Shown here piece after piece: positions 25,355 to 38,257 of a stretch of 64,000 nucleotides of DNA. Below the pieces are notes generated by a model, which worked only from the letters and a program-made list of their open reading frames with translations, was not told the origin of the DNA and made no database searches. Source of the stretch: Chiloscyllium plagiosum (lineage: Eukaryota); contig NC_057718.1 in the NCBI RefSeq assembly GCF_004010195.1, forward strand, positions 38,901,263 through 38,965,262, given 5' to 3'. The position numbers were made by a program, and so were the translations under genes. Numbering within the stretch: position 1 is the stretch's first letter; the number at the start of each line of letters is the position of its first letter.

Positions 25355-25660
25355 GTAGATTAGAGTCGTACTGCAAAAGCACAGCAGGTCAGGCAGTATC
25401 CAAGGAGCAGGAAGATCGACATTTTGGGCAAAAGCCCTTCATCAGGAATGAAGGCAGGGAGCTTCCCGGGTGGAGAGATAAATGGGAGGGGGGTGGGACT
25501 GGCGAGAAAGTAGCCAAGAGTACTTTGGAGGTCGATGGAGGTGGGGATGAAGGTGATAGTAGGGAGAGGAGGGTGGAGCGGATAGGTGGAAAGGAAGATT
25601 GGCAGGTAGGACAGGTCATGAGGGTGGAGCTGAGCTGGAAGGTTGGAAACTGGTGAAGTC
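25355..25660 (-). mobile_element. Penelope-like element terminal fragment
   Basis: Same sequence as 49699-49953, including the hammerhead-like core (rc ctgatgaagggcttttgccc). Confidence 0.85.
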
Positions 25661-25749
25661 CAATTTCTCTACGTGCTTTTCGTCTTTTTTCTTTTCTTCA
25701 TCTTTGAGAACAATGTCGACAGGGCAGTGGTTGCAGCGTTGGCGGCATG

Positions 25750-25920
25750 GACCAGGACTCGTGGCAGCGATGGTGGTGCCTGAAAACTGGACTCCTGGTG
25801 GCGGTATGCTGGGATTTTGGACTACCAGTGCTGGTGGGCTGGGACCTTGGACTCCTGGCGGCTGTAGGCCCAGAGCCTGGACTCTTGGCAGCAGTAGCCC
25901 AAAACCTGGACTCTTGACAT
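25750..25920 (+). repeat. Degenerate ~30-bp tandem array with a (T)GGACTC core, inside a GC-rich insertion (~25660-26170) ending in aataaataaa
   Basis: GGACT cores at 25755, 25789, 25819, 25849, 25879 and 25908. Confidence 0.75.
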
Positions 25921-26985
25921 TGTCGGCAAAATGGCGGCAGCAGCAGAGCCGAGGTCTCCTGAGGCTTCAGCATTGTCATCTCTGTTCACTGAGCGGGACT
26001 GCTTGAGGACCAGAACACCTTGCATAGGCCCTAAAGCTGTGCTTCAGACCCAATTTGAACAGAAGATGAACTCTTATTTAAGTTTTTTTATTGTACCTCA
26101 AAATGACACCAGATTGTGGCGACAAAACAATTTCCATTGTATCTTTAAGATATATTTGACAATAAATAAATTATTCACTCTTCTTTTATTCATTAGCACT
26201 TGCTAAACGTATTAGGATAAATGATCTTTTTGTGCAGATTATGTGGTATTCAGTGTAAAACTGAAAACAATTGAGGAAGAGATTTAGTTCTATGTTGAAA
26301 GACTCATTGATAATAACCACATTATAGATCTATCCATGAGAGAACTGTGTTAGAAAACTTAAAACCAGGGAGCACGTTGCATCTAGACTATATCCCAATG
26401 TGTATCAATTCTTATGAATTTCAAAATGGGTCACATTACATTGAGTAATGACTTAGTGAAATATTTGCAAAAATGAAGTGGAATGAAACCCTCAAGTTCT
26501 TTTTTTATATTCTAGTCTGTTTATTATCCTAAAATTCCAACTAACCTCCTTGTATAATTCAAAAGCAAACTTACCATGCATGCTAAAAATCTAAAACAGA
26601 AAATGCTAGCAAGGAGATAATGATTCAGGTCAATTGATCTTTCATTGTAATGGTACTGAGAACAAGTATTTGACTTGGAATGTTAACTTTTCACAGATGC
26701 TGATAATTTGGTCATGCTGATGCTCAGCTGACTTAGTGAGCTTTTCCAGTATTTTCTGTTTTTGTTTCTTAAGTAATTCAGCATGCTTTACTTTTTTTTT
26801 TACTTATTCAGTTCATGCTGTTACATTCAAATAAATCTGAGCGTGATAATATCAATGCTAGCCTTCTTTTAGCTGTATAAGAATGAATTTTGTTTGTTCC
26901 GAGGAACAGATGATCTGTAATACAGAAAATTTAAACTTCATTTTGTTTCTGTTTCACATGGTGACATAAGGATTTTTTTCTTTAG

Positions 26986-27180
26986 TTTAGGATGTGGTTG
27001 CTGATGATGTATGGGATGTTGGCCTGCTTCCTTACAATGGGCTTCAAAGGCCTGCTAGTAATATTATTGCATGTGTTCATCTCCTATGTGGTGGCCCAGC
27101 TGCAAGTGCCTGTATTATCCTGGCTATGTTCAATATTACTACTATACAGCTTACAAATGGACTCTCTTGGAAAAATTGAG
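26986..27180 (+). CDS. HHAT: HHAT coding exon 4 (FRMWLLMMYGMLAC...SLQMDSLGKIE), 195 nt
   Basis: Acceptor tttctttag (ends 26985), donor gtaaga. Hydrophobic helices are colinear with HHAT HRPWILMLYGMWAC...LHTTISFCVAQ...WLCSLLLL. Overlaps ORF 26992..27192. Confidence 0.95.
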
Positions 27181-28379
27181 GTAAGAGTGTAATTCCCAAG
27201 GTATAGAAGAACTCCAGTCACGACTTTTATAATGATTTCAGAAATGTGCTATAACTTAAAAATCAAGGATAACATGGGAATAATTATTCAAGTACTAATT
27301 GAACCTTGTTCTGATAAGCTATATTACTTGTATGAATATGTATAAAATAATTTGTAGAAGCAGCAGACAAACCTGTGAGAGTTGTAGATAAGCACAAAAA
27401 AAATGAAATCACACCATATGGTAGAAAACAATTGAATGAATTGGGGCGATTGGTAGGTTGAATACCTGGTTAATTGAATATACTCAGCCCTATCAGTAAT
27501 AGGTATTCATAATGACATTGAATTATGCTTAAAATATTTATTTTGCAGTCCAGACAATAGGTATCATTCTTCAAACAAAAAAAAAACACAAAAAGTGTGG
27601 AATTACCAGTCTCATAATGAAATTTGAGTATTGCTGAAAAAAATACATTTTGTCCAAGCTCTTTACAGTGCTTATATTAGGACAATGTGCAAGAAATAGT
27701 AAAGGAAAAAACAGCTTTTGTACTGTATGAGTGGAGACTACTGCTTGGTTGCTATATGGAGATCTGACTAGTAGAAACATTGCCATGGAGAATGCAGCAG
27801 TTCCATCAACTGACAGTTACTATCAAAAATTTGTTTAAATTTTAAACAAGACAAATTGACTTTGATTGGTTAAGGCATTGTCCTGAGAAGTGAACCAGAG
27901 AATGGCTGTCAAGAATTATGAGTTGAAACGGGTGTACTGTGCATATATTTTTATTTTTGTTTTCTAATTATGAATGAATCATTGACTTTTTTTCCTGAAA
28001 ATATTAATCACTTTTGCCTGTTAGATAAATAATGCAGTGGTTTCTCTTGTTCAGAAAACTAATAGTTATTCATCTACTTGTTACGTTAATACTTGATAAA
28101 CCTATTGTGTCAAATGAGTTGTTCCTGTGTTATAGGTTATGACATTCTAAAAGTTGAAAAGAATCTAAGAAATGATCACTGCCTATGTTGAAGGGCTGCC
28201 ATTTGATAATATCTAGAGTATAGACTGTCCTGCTCATGAGGAAATTGTAACTGTTAAGTGATGCCATTGTTTTCAGTCTCCATTCGGAAGTCATTTTCCC
28301 AGCTACTGATTTCATCCCACTCTGCAGTAACAGTCTGAGATTAATTTAATCTGTCTGCAAGCTCTGTGTCACATTTGAG

Positions 28380-29340
28380 CCTGAGCTGACGTTATAATTG
28401 CATTGATAATAAGACCATTCGTTTCACCTCCTTAACATCACTCAGTTTTACCCCTGACTCCTCTCATTTGCTGGTAAAACCCCTAAACCTGCCTATGTTG
28501 CCAATGGATCCAATTATTCCAACAGACTGCTGGCTGGTTTCCCACATTCTATCCTTTGTAAACTTGAGGTGATCCACAATTTGCTTGCCTATATCTCAAT
28601 GCGCAGCAAGTACTGTTACCCCATTGTCCTTGTGCTTGCTGACCTATTTTGGCACCTGGTGAAATACCATCTTGATTTAAAATTCCCATCCTTTTTTCCT
28701 CCTCCAAGGTTTTTTTCACTGCTCTAATTTTGACCTCTTGTGTAATTTCTATTGTAATTGCTTTAGGAAGGTCCTGGTGTAGTGCTATTATCATTGGGAT
28801 ACTAATCCAGAGACCCTGGCTAATTTTCTGTGGACATGAATTCAAATCCCACTTGACAGATGGTAAAATTTGAATTCACTAAACATCTGGAATTAACAGC
28901 TAGCCTAAAGTGATCATGTAACCACTGTCAATTGTTGCAAAGAAACCTATTTGGTTCATTAATGTCTCTTAGAGACGGGAATCTACTATTCTTATTACGT
29001 GTGATTCCAAACAATGTGATTGGCTCTTTACTGTTTCTCTGGGCAATTAGAGATGGGCAATAAATATTAGCCTAGTCAGTGATGCTTACATCTTCTGAAT
29101 GAATAAACATAAACAATGTTGACTACCTTCACTGTCCAAGCCCAAAGGTCCGGAGTTCCCCAATCTGATATTCCTCCTCTAAGGCATTTATTAAAACATA
29201 TCTGGTTAACTAAGGTTTAGGTCATCTGACCTAATATTTCCTTATGTAACGCAGTGTCATACTTTGATTTATAATGATCCTGTAGATCCCCCGTGACATT
29301 TCATTGCGTTAAAGGTGATAAATAGAAACATTGTTATTGT
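28380..29340 (+). mobile_element. L2-like LINE 3' end interrupted by a SINE (28773-29105)
   Basis: aaacttgaggtgatccacaat..ccccattgtccttgtgcttgctgaccta..tgg..tttaaaattcccatcc corresponds to the L2 LQ.IQN...ITPVL.DLHW...FKIL end. Tail ttaaaggtg.ta.atagaaa. Confidence 0.65.
28773..29105 (+). mobile_element. Deu-domain-type (SacSINE-like) SINE
   Basis: tggtgtagtg.tatt head, ttcaaatccc B-box, ggttcattaatgtc core, tgaatgaataaa tail. Confidence 0.72.
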
Positions 29341-29472
29341 ATTTGGCTGGATGCACTATAAATTTGGACTGCACTGTTGCCAGCCAATAAGTTTTGATGT
29401 TCTAGATTTTGTGATGGAAACCCTCTGATCTAACTTAGGCAACTAACAATCTATGGACCAACCAGGGAAATG

Positions 29473-29810
29473 ATGGCCTAGTGGTATTATCACTAGACTG
29501 TTAATCCAGAGGCCCAGAAAATGTTTTGGGGATCCATGTTTAAATTCTGCGAATGGTACCCAGAAGAATTTGAATTCAGTATAAATCTAGAATTCAGGGT
29601 CGTATGCTGACTATGAAACCATAGTTACTTGTTGGAAAAAAAAAATCATCTGGTTCACTAATGTCCCTTAGGGATGGAAACTTTTATACTTACCTGGTCT
29701 GGCCTATATGTGACTTCAGATCCACAGCAATGTGGTTGACTCTTAATGCTCTTTAGGCAATTAAGACAGGGCAATAAAATGCCAGTGAAGCCTACATCCC
29801 ATGAATGAAT
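29473..29810 (+). mobile_element. Deu-domain-type (SacSINE-like) SINE
   Basis: tggcctagtggtattatcactagact head, ctggttcactaatgtccct core, cccatgaatgaat tail. Confidence 0.75.
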
Positions 29811-31041
29811 ATTAAGAAATGAGTTTCTTGTTTGTTGTCTTGATGGGGTCCACAGCTCATATTTAGCACTTTACATGGTGCCATTTTAAATGCTTGCTCC
29901 AATTAAGAACAAAACATCATATTGGCAGCATAGATAAAAGTGTAAGTTGGCAAATACATGATGAAAGATGGAACAGAAAAAGCAAAAAAAAAATTCTGTG
30001 ATGAACAGGACATTCACTTGAGCATCCTGCTCTGACATGTAAAATTGGCAAGCAACCAACTTTAGATGGTCTACCATCGATGGTTGAGGGCTGTCAATTC
30101 CTGACAAAGGGCTACTTTGTGCAAAGCAAATTAATTGAAATTTATTGACCGCCTCTTCATATCAAAAATGAGCTGTTTGGAAATTGGGGCATGTGTAACC
30201 CCATTTCCTTTGCCTGTAACAGCTGCTGACAGAGCTTTGGAAATATAATTGACTCCATGAGTTTGTAGCAATAACTTTCTTCAAAATATCTTCTCTGTCT
30301 GTGTTGCAAATTGAAATTCGGTGATATTGAAGGCATTTGACAGGTTTTACCAATTCTTGTTTATACCAGTAGGTGGAGATAGATTTCTTTCAGGAGTGAA
30401 TGAATGCACTGCTGGACCTTAAGTGAGAAGGAATTGTTCCTCTTGTTTATTGCGTTGTTCAAAACTGGAAAAAAAGATATATGGTAACAAAGCTGCAATG
30501 ATTGGGCTTATGAGAAAAGCTTGTGATAATTCAATAGTTTTCATTTGACTTATTATGCAATGAATTTTTGCTTCTTAAACTAAGAAACATACAAAATAGG
30601 CAATTTGACGACTCGCTTGCTCTGCCATTCCATATGTTCATGACTGATCCCACCCTCCCTCCTTATTCCTTGATCACTTTAGCCACAGGAGCTTAATCTA
30701 CCTCCTCCTTGAAAACGCATTGTTTTGGCTTCAGCCACTTTCTGTGGTAGTGAATTCCACAGGGTCTCTGTGTGAAGAAAGGTTATAAAAGCTTTACCCC
30801 TTATCCTTAAAATATGACCCCTGGTTCTGGACTATCTCACCATTGAGACCATCCTTCCTATGTCTAAACTGTCTAGTTCTGTTGGAATTTTAGATCCACT
30901 CCTCATTCTAAACTCCAGTGAATACAATTCTAACTAACCCTTAGTCTCTCCTCATACTAAGTCCTGTCATCCAGGAATCAGTTTGACATCCTTCACTGCA
31001 CTCCCTCTATAGCAAGAACATTCTTCCTCAGATAAGGAAAT

Positions 31042-32440
31042 ATAGAAGACTGGAGGATAGCAAATGTTGTTCCCTTGTTCAAGAAGAGGAGTAGAGACAA
31101 CACTGGTAATTATAGACCAATGAGCCTTACTTTGGTTGTGGGTAAAGTGTTGGAAAAGGTTATAAGAGATAGGATTTATAATCATCTAGAGAGGAATAAG
31201 TTGATTAGGGATAGTCAACACGGTTCTGTGAAGCATAAATTGTGCTTCGCAAACCTTTATTGAGTTCTTTGAGATGGTGACCAAACAGGTGGATGAGGGT
31301 AAAGCGGTTGATGTGGTGTATATGAATTCAATGTGGCGTTGATAAGGTTCCCCCGGTAGAAAATTGCACAAAAAAACGGAGACGTGGGATTGAGGGTGAT
31401 TTAGCAGTTTGGATCAGAAATTGATTAGCTGAAAGAAGGTGGTTGATGGGAAATGTTCATCTTGGAGTTCAATTACTATTGGTGTACTGCAAGGATCTGT
31501 TTTGGACAAACTGCTGTTTGTCATTTTTATAAATGACCTAGATGAGGGCATAGGAGGATGGGTTTGTAAATTTGTGGATGACAGTCCGGTCAGTGGATTT
31601 GTGGATAATGCTGAAGGATGTTGCAGGTTATAGAGGGACATGGATAAGCTGCAGCGCTGGGCTGAGAAGTGGCAAATGGAGTTTAATGCAGAAAAGTGTG
31701 AGGTGATTCACTTTGGAAGGAGAAACAAGAATAAAGAATACTGGGCTAATGGTAAGATTTTTGGTAGTGTAGATGAGCAGAGAGATCTTTGTGTTCATGT
31801 ACATAGATCCCTAAAAGTTGTCACCCAGGTTGATAGGGTTATTAAGAAGATATTTGGTATGCTGGTTTTTATTGATAGAGGGGTTGAGTTTTGGAGCCAT
31901 GAGGTCATGCTGTAGCTGCACTTCGGTGTATTGCAAATAGTTCTGGTCACCATATTATAGGTAGGCTGTAGAAGCTTTGGAAAGGATTCAAAGGAGATTT
32001 ATTAGGATGTTGCCTGGTATGGAGGGAAGGTCTTATGAGGAAAGGCTGAGGGACTTAAGGCTGTTTTCGTTAGAAGAAGTTTGAGAGGTGATTTAATTGA
32101 GACATATAAGATAATCAGAGGGGTAGATAGGGTGGGCAGTGAGAGCCTTTTTCCTTGGATGGTGTTGGCTAGCACGAGGGGACATAGCTTTAAACTGAGG
32201 GGTGATAGATATAGGACAGATGTCAGAGGTAGTTTCTTTACTCAGAGTAATAGAGGTGTGGAACGCACTCCCTGTAACAGTTGTAGACTCGCCAACTTTA
32301 AGGGCATTTAAATGATCATTGAATAAACATATGGATGTAAATGAAATTGTGTAGGATAGATAGGCTTCAGGTTGGTTCCACAGGTCGGTGCAACATCAAG
32401 GGCCGGAGGGCCTGTACTGCGTTGTAATGTTCTATGTTCT
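31042..32440 (+). mobile_element. CR1 LINE, 5'-truncated (RT domain to 3' tail), pseudogenised
   Basis: GNYRPMSLTLVVGKVLE, SQHG, GVLQGSVL, LFVIFINDLD, KFVDD, WAEKWQMEFNAEKCEVIHFG, LRGDLIETYKI. Tail tgttctatgttct. Confidence 0.95.
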
Positions 32441-33457
32441 GTGAAGCCAAAACTGCACACAGCATTTCAGATATAGGCTCACCAATGCCCAGTATAATTG
32501 CAGAAAGACATCCTTGTTTTGTACCTGAATCCTCTTGCTCTGAAGGCCAATGTGTAGTTTGCATTCTTTACTGTGTGCTGCACCTGAGTGCTTAATTTCA
32601 GAGAATTGTGCACAAGGGCACCCAGGTCTCAGTGAAAGTTCCCCTCTCTCAATTTATTACCATTAGAAATAATAATCTGTCTTCCTATTTTTGTTACCAA
32701 AGTGGATAAACTCTTATTTGCCCACATTATACAGTATTACATTTGCCCTGCATTTGCTCACTCACTCAGCCTGTCCAAATCACACTACAACATTTCTGCA
32801 TTCTCCTCATAGTCACCCTCCCACCCACCTTTGTGTCATCTGCAAATTTGAGATATTACATTTAGTTTCCTCATCTAAATCATTAACATACATTGTGAAT
32901 AGCTGGGGTCCTAGTACCCATCTGTGCCCTACCCCAGTAGTCACTGTAGGACTTTGTCGAAAGCCTTCTAAAAGTCCAAATAAATCACATCCAGTGGCTT
33001 CCTGGTCAACTCTACTAGTTACACCCTTGAAGCATGATTTAAGTGTTCTGTTTTCCATGATAATGGACACTAGCATCTTCCCCACTACCAATGTTAGACT
33101 CAATCATCTATAATTCCCTGTTTTCTGTCTGCCTCCCTTTTTTAAATGGTGGGGTTTCATTACCTATCCTCCAATCTGCAGGAACTATTTCAGAATCTAA
33201 AGAATCTTGGATGATGACCACCAATGTGTCCACTATTTCTAGAGCCATTTCCTTAAGTACTCTGGGACATAAATCCCCAGGGCCTATTAATCTATCAATC
33301 TTCAATCCCATCAATTTCTCCAACACCATTTCTCGCCTAATATAGATTCCTCTACCAATACAGAAATCCCGTGTTCCCCATTATTTCTGTTATGTTGTTC
33401 ATGCCCTTCTTTTGTGAAGGCAGGAACAAAGCAAACATTTAGTTCATCTGCCATTTC

Positions 33458-35120
33458 TTAGAAATAGTAAGGCATCTAGATAGAAATTGTCCCACTGGCC
33501 AGATGCAGCATGTGTTCATGAAGGGCAGGTCATGTTTAAGTCATCTTTTGGAATTCTGTGAAGACATTACGAGCATGATGGACAACGGGGACCCAGTAGA
33601 TGTGGTGTACCTAGATTTCCAAAAGGCGTTTAACGAGGTGCTGCACAAGAAGCTGTTATATACGATAAGGATGCATAGCATTTGGGGTAAAGTATTAGCA
33701 TGGATAAAGGATTGGTTGACTAACAGGAAGCAAAGAGTGGGGATAAATGAGTGCCATCCAAAATAGCAATCAATAACTAGTGCTGTGCTTTAGGGATCAG
33801 TGTTGGGACTGCAAATATTCACAATTTACATAGATGATTTGGAGTTGGGGACCACGTGTAATGTGTCAAAATTCGCAGATGACACTAAGATGAGTAGCAG
33901 ACCAAAGTGTGCAGAAGACTGTGAAACTTTGCCGAGGAACATAGATACGTTAAGTGAGTGGGCAAAGGTCTGGCAGATGGAATACACTGTTAATAAATGT
34001 GAAGTCATCCATTTTAGTAGGAGTAACGGTAAAAAGGATTACTACTTGAATGGTAAAAAGTTGCAGAATGCTGTTACGTAGAGGGACTTAGGTGTCCTTG
34101 TGCATGAGTGACAGAAGGTTGGTCTTTAGGTACAACAGGTAATTAGAAAGGCAAATGGAATTTTGTCCTTAATTGCTAAAGGGATTGAGTTTAAAAACAG
34201 GGTGCCGGTGAGGCTATATTTGAAGTACTGCATGCAGTTTTTGGTCTCCTTACTTGAGAAAAATGTACTGGTACTGGAGTGGGTACAGAAGAGGTTCACT
34301 AGGTTGGTTCCAGAATTGAGGGGGTTGGCTTACAAGGAGAGACTGAGTAGACTGTGATGAGAGGTGGGAGGTTAAAGGATCAAAACTGGTATTGAGATTT
34401 ACACACACACACACATTCTCCCTTCCTTCCCTTTCTTCCTTCCTTCCTTCCTCTCTGGCTGACTCTCTCTGTTGTTCCCTCCCTCTTCCGGTCTGAATCT
34501 CTCTCTAACTATCTCTTTCACTCCCTCTCTCTCCCTCTGTCTGACTGACCCTCTTGGAGAGCTCCATACCTGGGGGAAGTGTGCTCCAGGTAGATGGAAC
34601 TAGGAGCTGACTGGATGAGTTGGGATTTGGGTGAAGAGGGGCCTTTGAGTGACAAACTTGAAGATGGCCTATTACTGAGGGGGCTGGCTTGTGAGGAGAG
34701 ACTGACTAGACTCGGATTATATTCATTGGTATTTGAGGGGGGATTTTATAGAAATTTATGAAGGGAATGGATAAGATAGACATAGAGAGGATGTTTCCAT
34801 TGCAGGTGAAACTAGAATAAGAGGGCATAGCCTCAAAATTAAGGGGAGCAGATTTAGAACTGAATTGAGAAGGAATATCTTCACCCAGAGGGTTGTGAAT
34901 CTGGAATTCCTTCCCTAGTGAAATTGTTGATGCTACTTAAGTAAATGTTTTTGAAGCTAAGATAGATTTATATTTTGAACAATGAAGGAATTGAGGGTTA
35001 CAGTGAGAGGGCGGGTAAGTGGAGCTGAGGCCATGAAAAGATCAGCCATGATTTTATTGAATGGCAGAGAAGGCTTGAAGGGCCAGATGGCCTACTTCTG
35101 CTTCTAGTTCTTCTGTTCTT
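33458..35120 (+). mobile_element. CR1 LINE, 5'-truncated, with a low-complexity insert (~34360-34670)
   Basis: QHVFMKGRSCL, VDVVYLDFQKAF, FTIYIDDL, KFADDTK, WAKVWQMEYTVNKCEVIHF. Tail ctagttcttctgttctt. Confidence 0.93.
34400..34545. repeat. (CA)n and pyrimidine-rich (TTCC/CT) low-complexity tract
   Basis: Read directly from the sequence. Confidence 0.85.
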
Positions 35121-37242
35121 TATTTCCCATTATGAATTCCCTTGTTTCTGACCATAAGGGATGTACATTACTTTTCACCAATCATTTTCTCTTTATGTTC
35201 CTATAGAAACTTTTACAGTCAGATCTTAAGTTCCAGTAAGCTTATTCGTATGCTCTGTTTTCCTGATTCTTAATCAATCCCTTGGTTCTCCTTTCCTGAC
35301 TTCAAAACTGTTCCCAATCTTGGGTCTATTGTTTTATTCTTGGTAATTTGCATACTTTTTTTGCATCTAATTCTGTCTTTAACTTCCTTTATAAGCCATG
35401 GTTTGGCCACTGTTTCTTTCCACTCTTGCAATAAACAATTTTTGGGGTTTACCCAAAACACTCTTTGAATGTTTGCCATTTGAATCTGCTGTCATTCCTT
35501 TCACTACGTTTCCCAATCCATCCTAGCCAACTCACACCTCAAACCAATATAGTTTCCCTTATGAAAATTCAGGGCCCTAGTCTCAGAATCAGTTACCCCA
35601 CTCTCTATCTTGATGGAGAGTTCAATCATATTATGGATCTAAAACTGTATATATTTTCTGAACTTTTACTGAATCCAGGGAAGATCCAGTGATGTCATTT
35701 GGTGTTTAGTTTGAAATGTGTGACAAATGTGTATTCAGTCGTGTTGATTTGTGGCTTTCCAATTTATTTGGTTGGTTACTTACTTTACTATAAATGTTAT
35801 TTAATTAGTACCTAAAACTTTGTAAAGTCAACAGGAGTAAATGATTCTTCCATATGTTTTAGAATCACATCTTTCTTTCCAAATATTACAAAACATTTCA
35901 ACTTGGAAATTATAATATTGTTGGAAAATTCAACTTGTCCACCTCCTGCACGTTCCACTCAATGCAATTGTAATGAACTTGACATTTACAAAACATATTT
36001 CAATTTGGAATGACAAAAATTGCACTAAATATATTGTTCCCTATGCACCACCTTGCTTGAATCAATCTGGGGATCCATCCAGTATTGTCTGGATAGAATG
36101 GTATGCCACCCTATCATGCTGTTGAAGAAGGCAATAAGGTGAGGTTCTAAATGCTGAAGAACTGGGAGAGGGGGGCAGTCTTCCAAGGAGGAGGAAGTCA
36201 TTGGGAAGGTTGAAATTGTCCTTGTACAAGACAAACAGGACCAGATTGACTCCTGGTTCCAGATGAGAACTGGCTGCAACCAGTTATGGAATGTAAAATA
36301 ACATTTGGTCATGATGCCAGCATTTGGTTTGTATTGTGTGGGTAATCTGCAGCCTCTGTTCCTTTTGTTTGTGTTCATTTTTGCTGGCTGCAAATAATAA
36401 CTGAAATGTCCAATTGCTTGCCTGTTTGTGATGTTTCCATTCTGGACAGAGACTAGATATGGATCTACAGTGGGCACTGGGGACAAAGTATCAGTGACTT
36501 AGTGAGGGTATATAGATGGAGCATAGCTAAGGATGTGGTGTTTTTAGCAGCAACTCAGTTGAAGGAATGTTTGGCAGGCCAGCTATGCGCTGTGAGTAGG
36601 TGTGGCTTCATGGCTGCTGCACCATTATGGTGCTGGTGCGGGACAATGCTAGATTTCCAATGTTCGTTTGGGTGTACAACAGTCTTTGCTGAATAGGCAC
36701 ATATGATGCCAGTCATTTGGCTGATATTTGGTGATTGATGTGTTGCTCTGAGAACAGAGCGTGGTAGAATAGGTCTAGAGTCAAATGTGAGGTACACCCT
36801 GAGGTGAGTATCCAGTTAACAAAGTGAATTTGGTAAAATACTGTGAGAAATCTCACATCAAAAACTCTGCAAAAACCTTGATGCAACTCACAATTAGCCA
36901 AAAAAAAGCCGAAGATTCAGCCTTGTTCTTCTGATATTTGTGTAGACAAGTTGGATCCAATTGCCACTTCCTTCCCTAAATCCTATTTTGGGAGTACATA
37001 AATTAAATAAAGTTTTTTTTATAGTGATTTTATGCTAATACCAGTTTTAATACAAAATTTACCTTTCATATCCCACATTGCTGTAATCCTGTCAGTTTGA
37101 TCATTCTGCCTTACATTGATTTTTTTGACAGTTTATTAATATTTTGTATGCTTTCTTTTTTTTTGCTGAATTATATACTTCATAGTCAATGGGAAAGCAG
37201 AAAGACAAACTATCTCAGTAATGGCATTATATAAGTAGAGTC

Positions 37243-37870
37243 GTCATAGTCCCACTGGACCAAAGGGTTGGTATCTCATTAGAGAGAGATAGTAGTGGTG
37301 GTAGTTTAACCTGAAGGTCTGCATGCCTCAGGCAAGGGGAGAGGATGAAAAGGAGAGTCCTTCATGTTGACTCCAGCTGATGTGGAAATTAAACCCATGC
37401 TGTTGGTATCACTGTGCATTGTAAACTAACCATCTGGCTAATTGAGTAAGCATTTATTGTCTGTCCATAATTGGCTTTGAGGAAATGGTGGCGAACTGCC
37501 CCAATCTATGTGGTTTGGGTTACATGCACAGGCTTTCTTTCTGTAGTGACTTAATACAACTGAATAGCTTGCTATGCCATTTCACGGGGCATTGAACAGT
37601 CTACCACATTAGTATGGTTTTGGAGTCATGTCTAGGTGAAGATGGCAGATTTCCTCCAATGAAAGATGTTTATAGACTAGTTGGATCTTTAGAACAATCT
37701 GGTAGTTTTACAATCCATTTTAATGAGAGTAACATTCCAGATTTATTAATTATATTTAGATCCTCATCCCCAGCCCTTGCTGTTATCATGGGAGTTTGAA
37801 CTCATGCCTCCAGAATGGTAGCCTGTGACTCTGGATTATTAATGCAATAACTTTGCTGTTATACTGCCAA
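37243..37870 (-). mobile_element. Two adjacent old SINEs (tRNA-type 37243-37445; Deu-type ~37450-37870)
   Basis: Reverse-complement similarity to 17195-17365 and to 29473-29810 respectively. Confidence 0.6.
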
Positions 37871-38041
37871 CCCTTTGGTGATATTCATTAAAAAATAACA
37901 TGAAAGTATTTAATGTCAGAATGGTTGGTTGAGCTCTTTCTTTGTATATTTGTGGAACCTATTTCAGTTCAATCTTAATTTTTAAGACTACGTATTTATT
38001 TCTTCTCTTGATGTCAAGGTAATACTTCTTATTTATTTTAG

Positions 38042-38257
38042 AAAAGCTGGTATGAGACAGAGAATGAATACTTCCTGCTTTTATTCTGCTTGGCTCTTTG
38101 CAATCTGCGATACACAAGTTTCAGTTTAGAGTACTGCTGGTACTATGATGGACCTCGAAGGCTTGGTGTATCCTTCTGCTGGCTGTTGGCATATATATTC
38201 TATTATCCTATATTTCACAATGGACCCATCATATGCTACGATGACTTCATTAATCAG
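38042..38257 (+). CDS. HHAT: HHAT coding exon 5 (KSWYETENEYFLL...YTSFSLEYCW...FYYPIFHNGPIICYDDFINQ), 216 nt
   Basis: Acceptor ttattttag, donor gtaaat. Contains the MBOAT motifs SFSLE and FYYPxFHNGPI. Confidence 0.97.

Larger units (their letters stand above)
30582..35635 (-). mobile_element. Old minus-strand CR1 LINE split into three pieces by two plus-strand CR1 insertions
   Basis: Pieces 30582-31040, 32441-33457 and 35121-35635 are colinear on the minus strand. ORFs read LGPQLFTMYVNDLDE (32813..33103) and LCPRVLKEMALEIVDTL...PADWRIGN (33108..33329). Confidence 0.85.
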
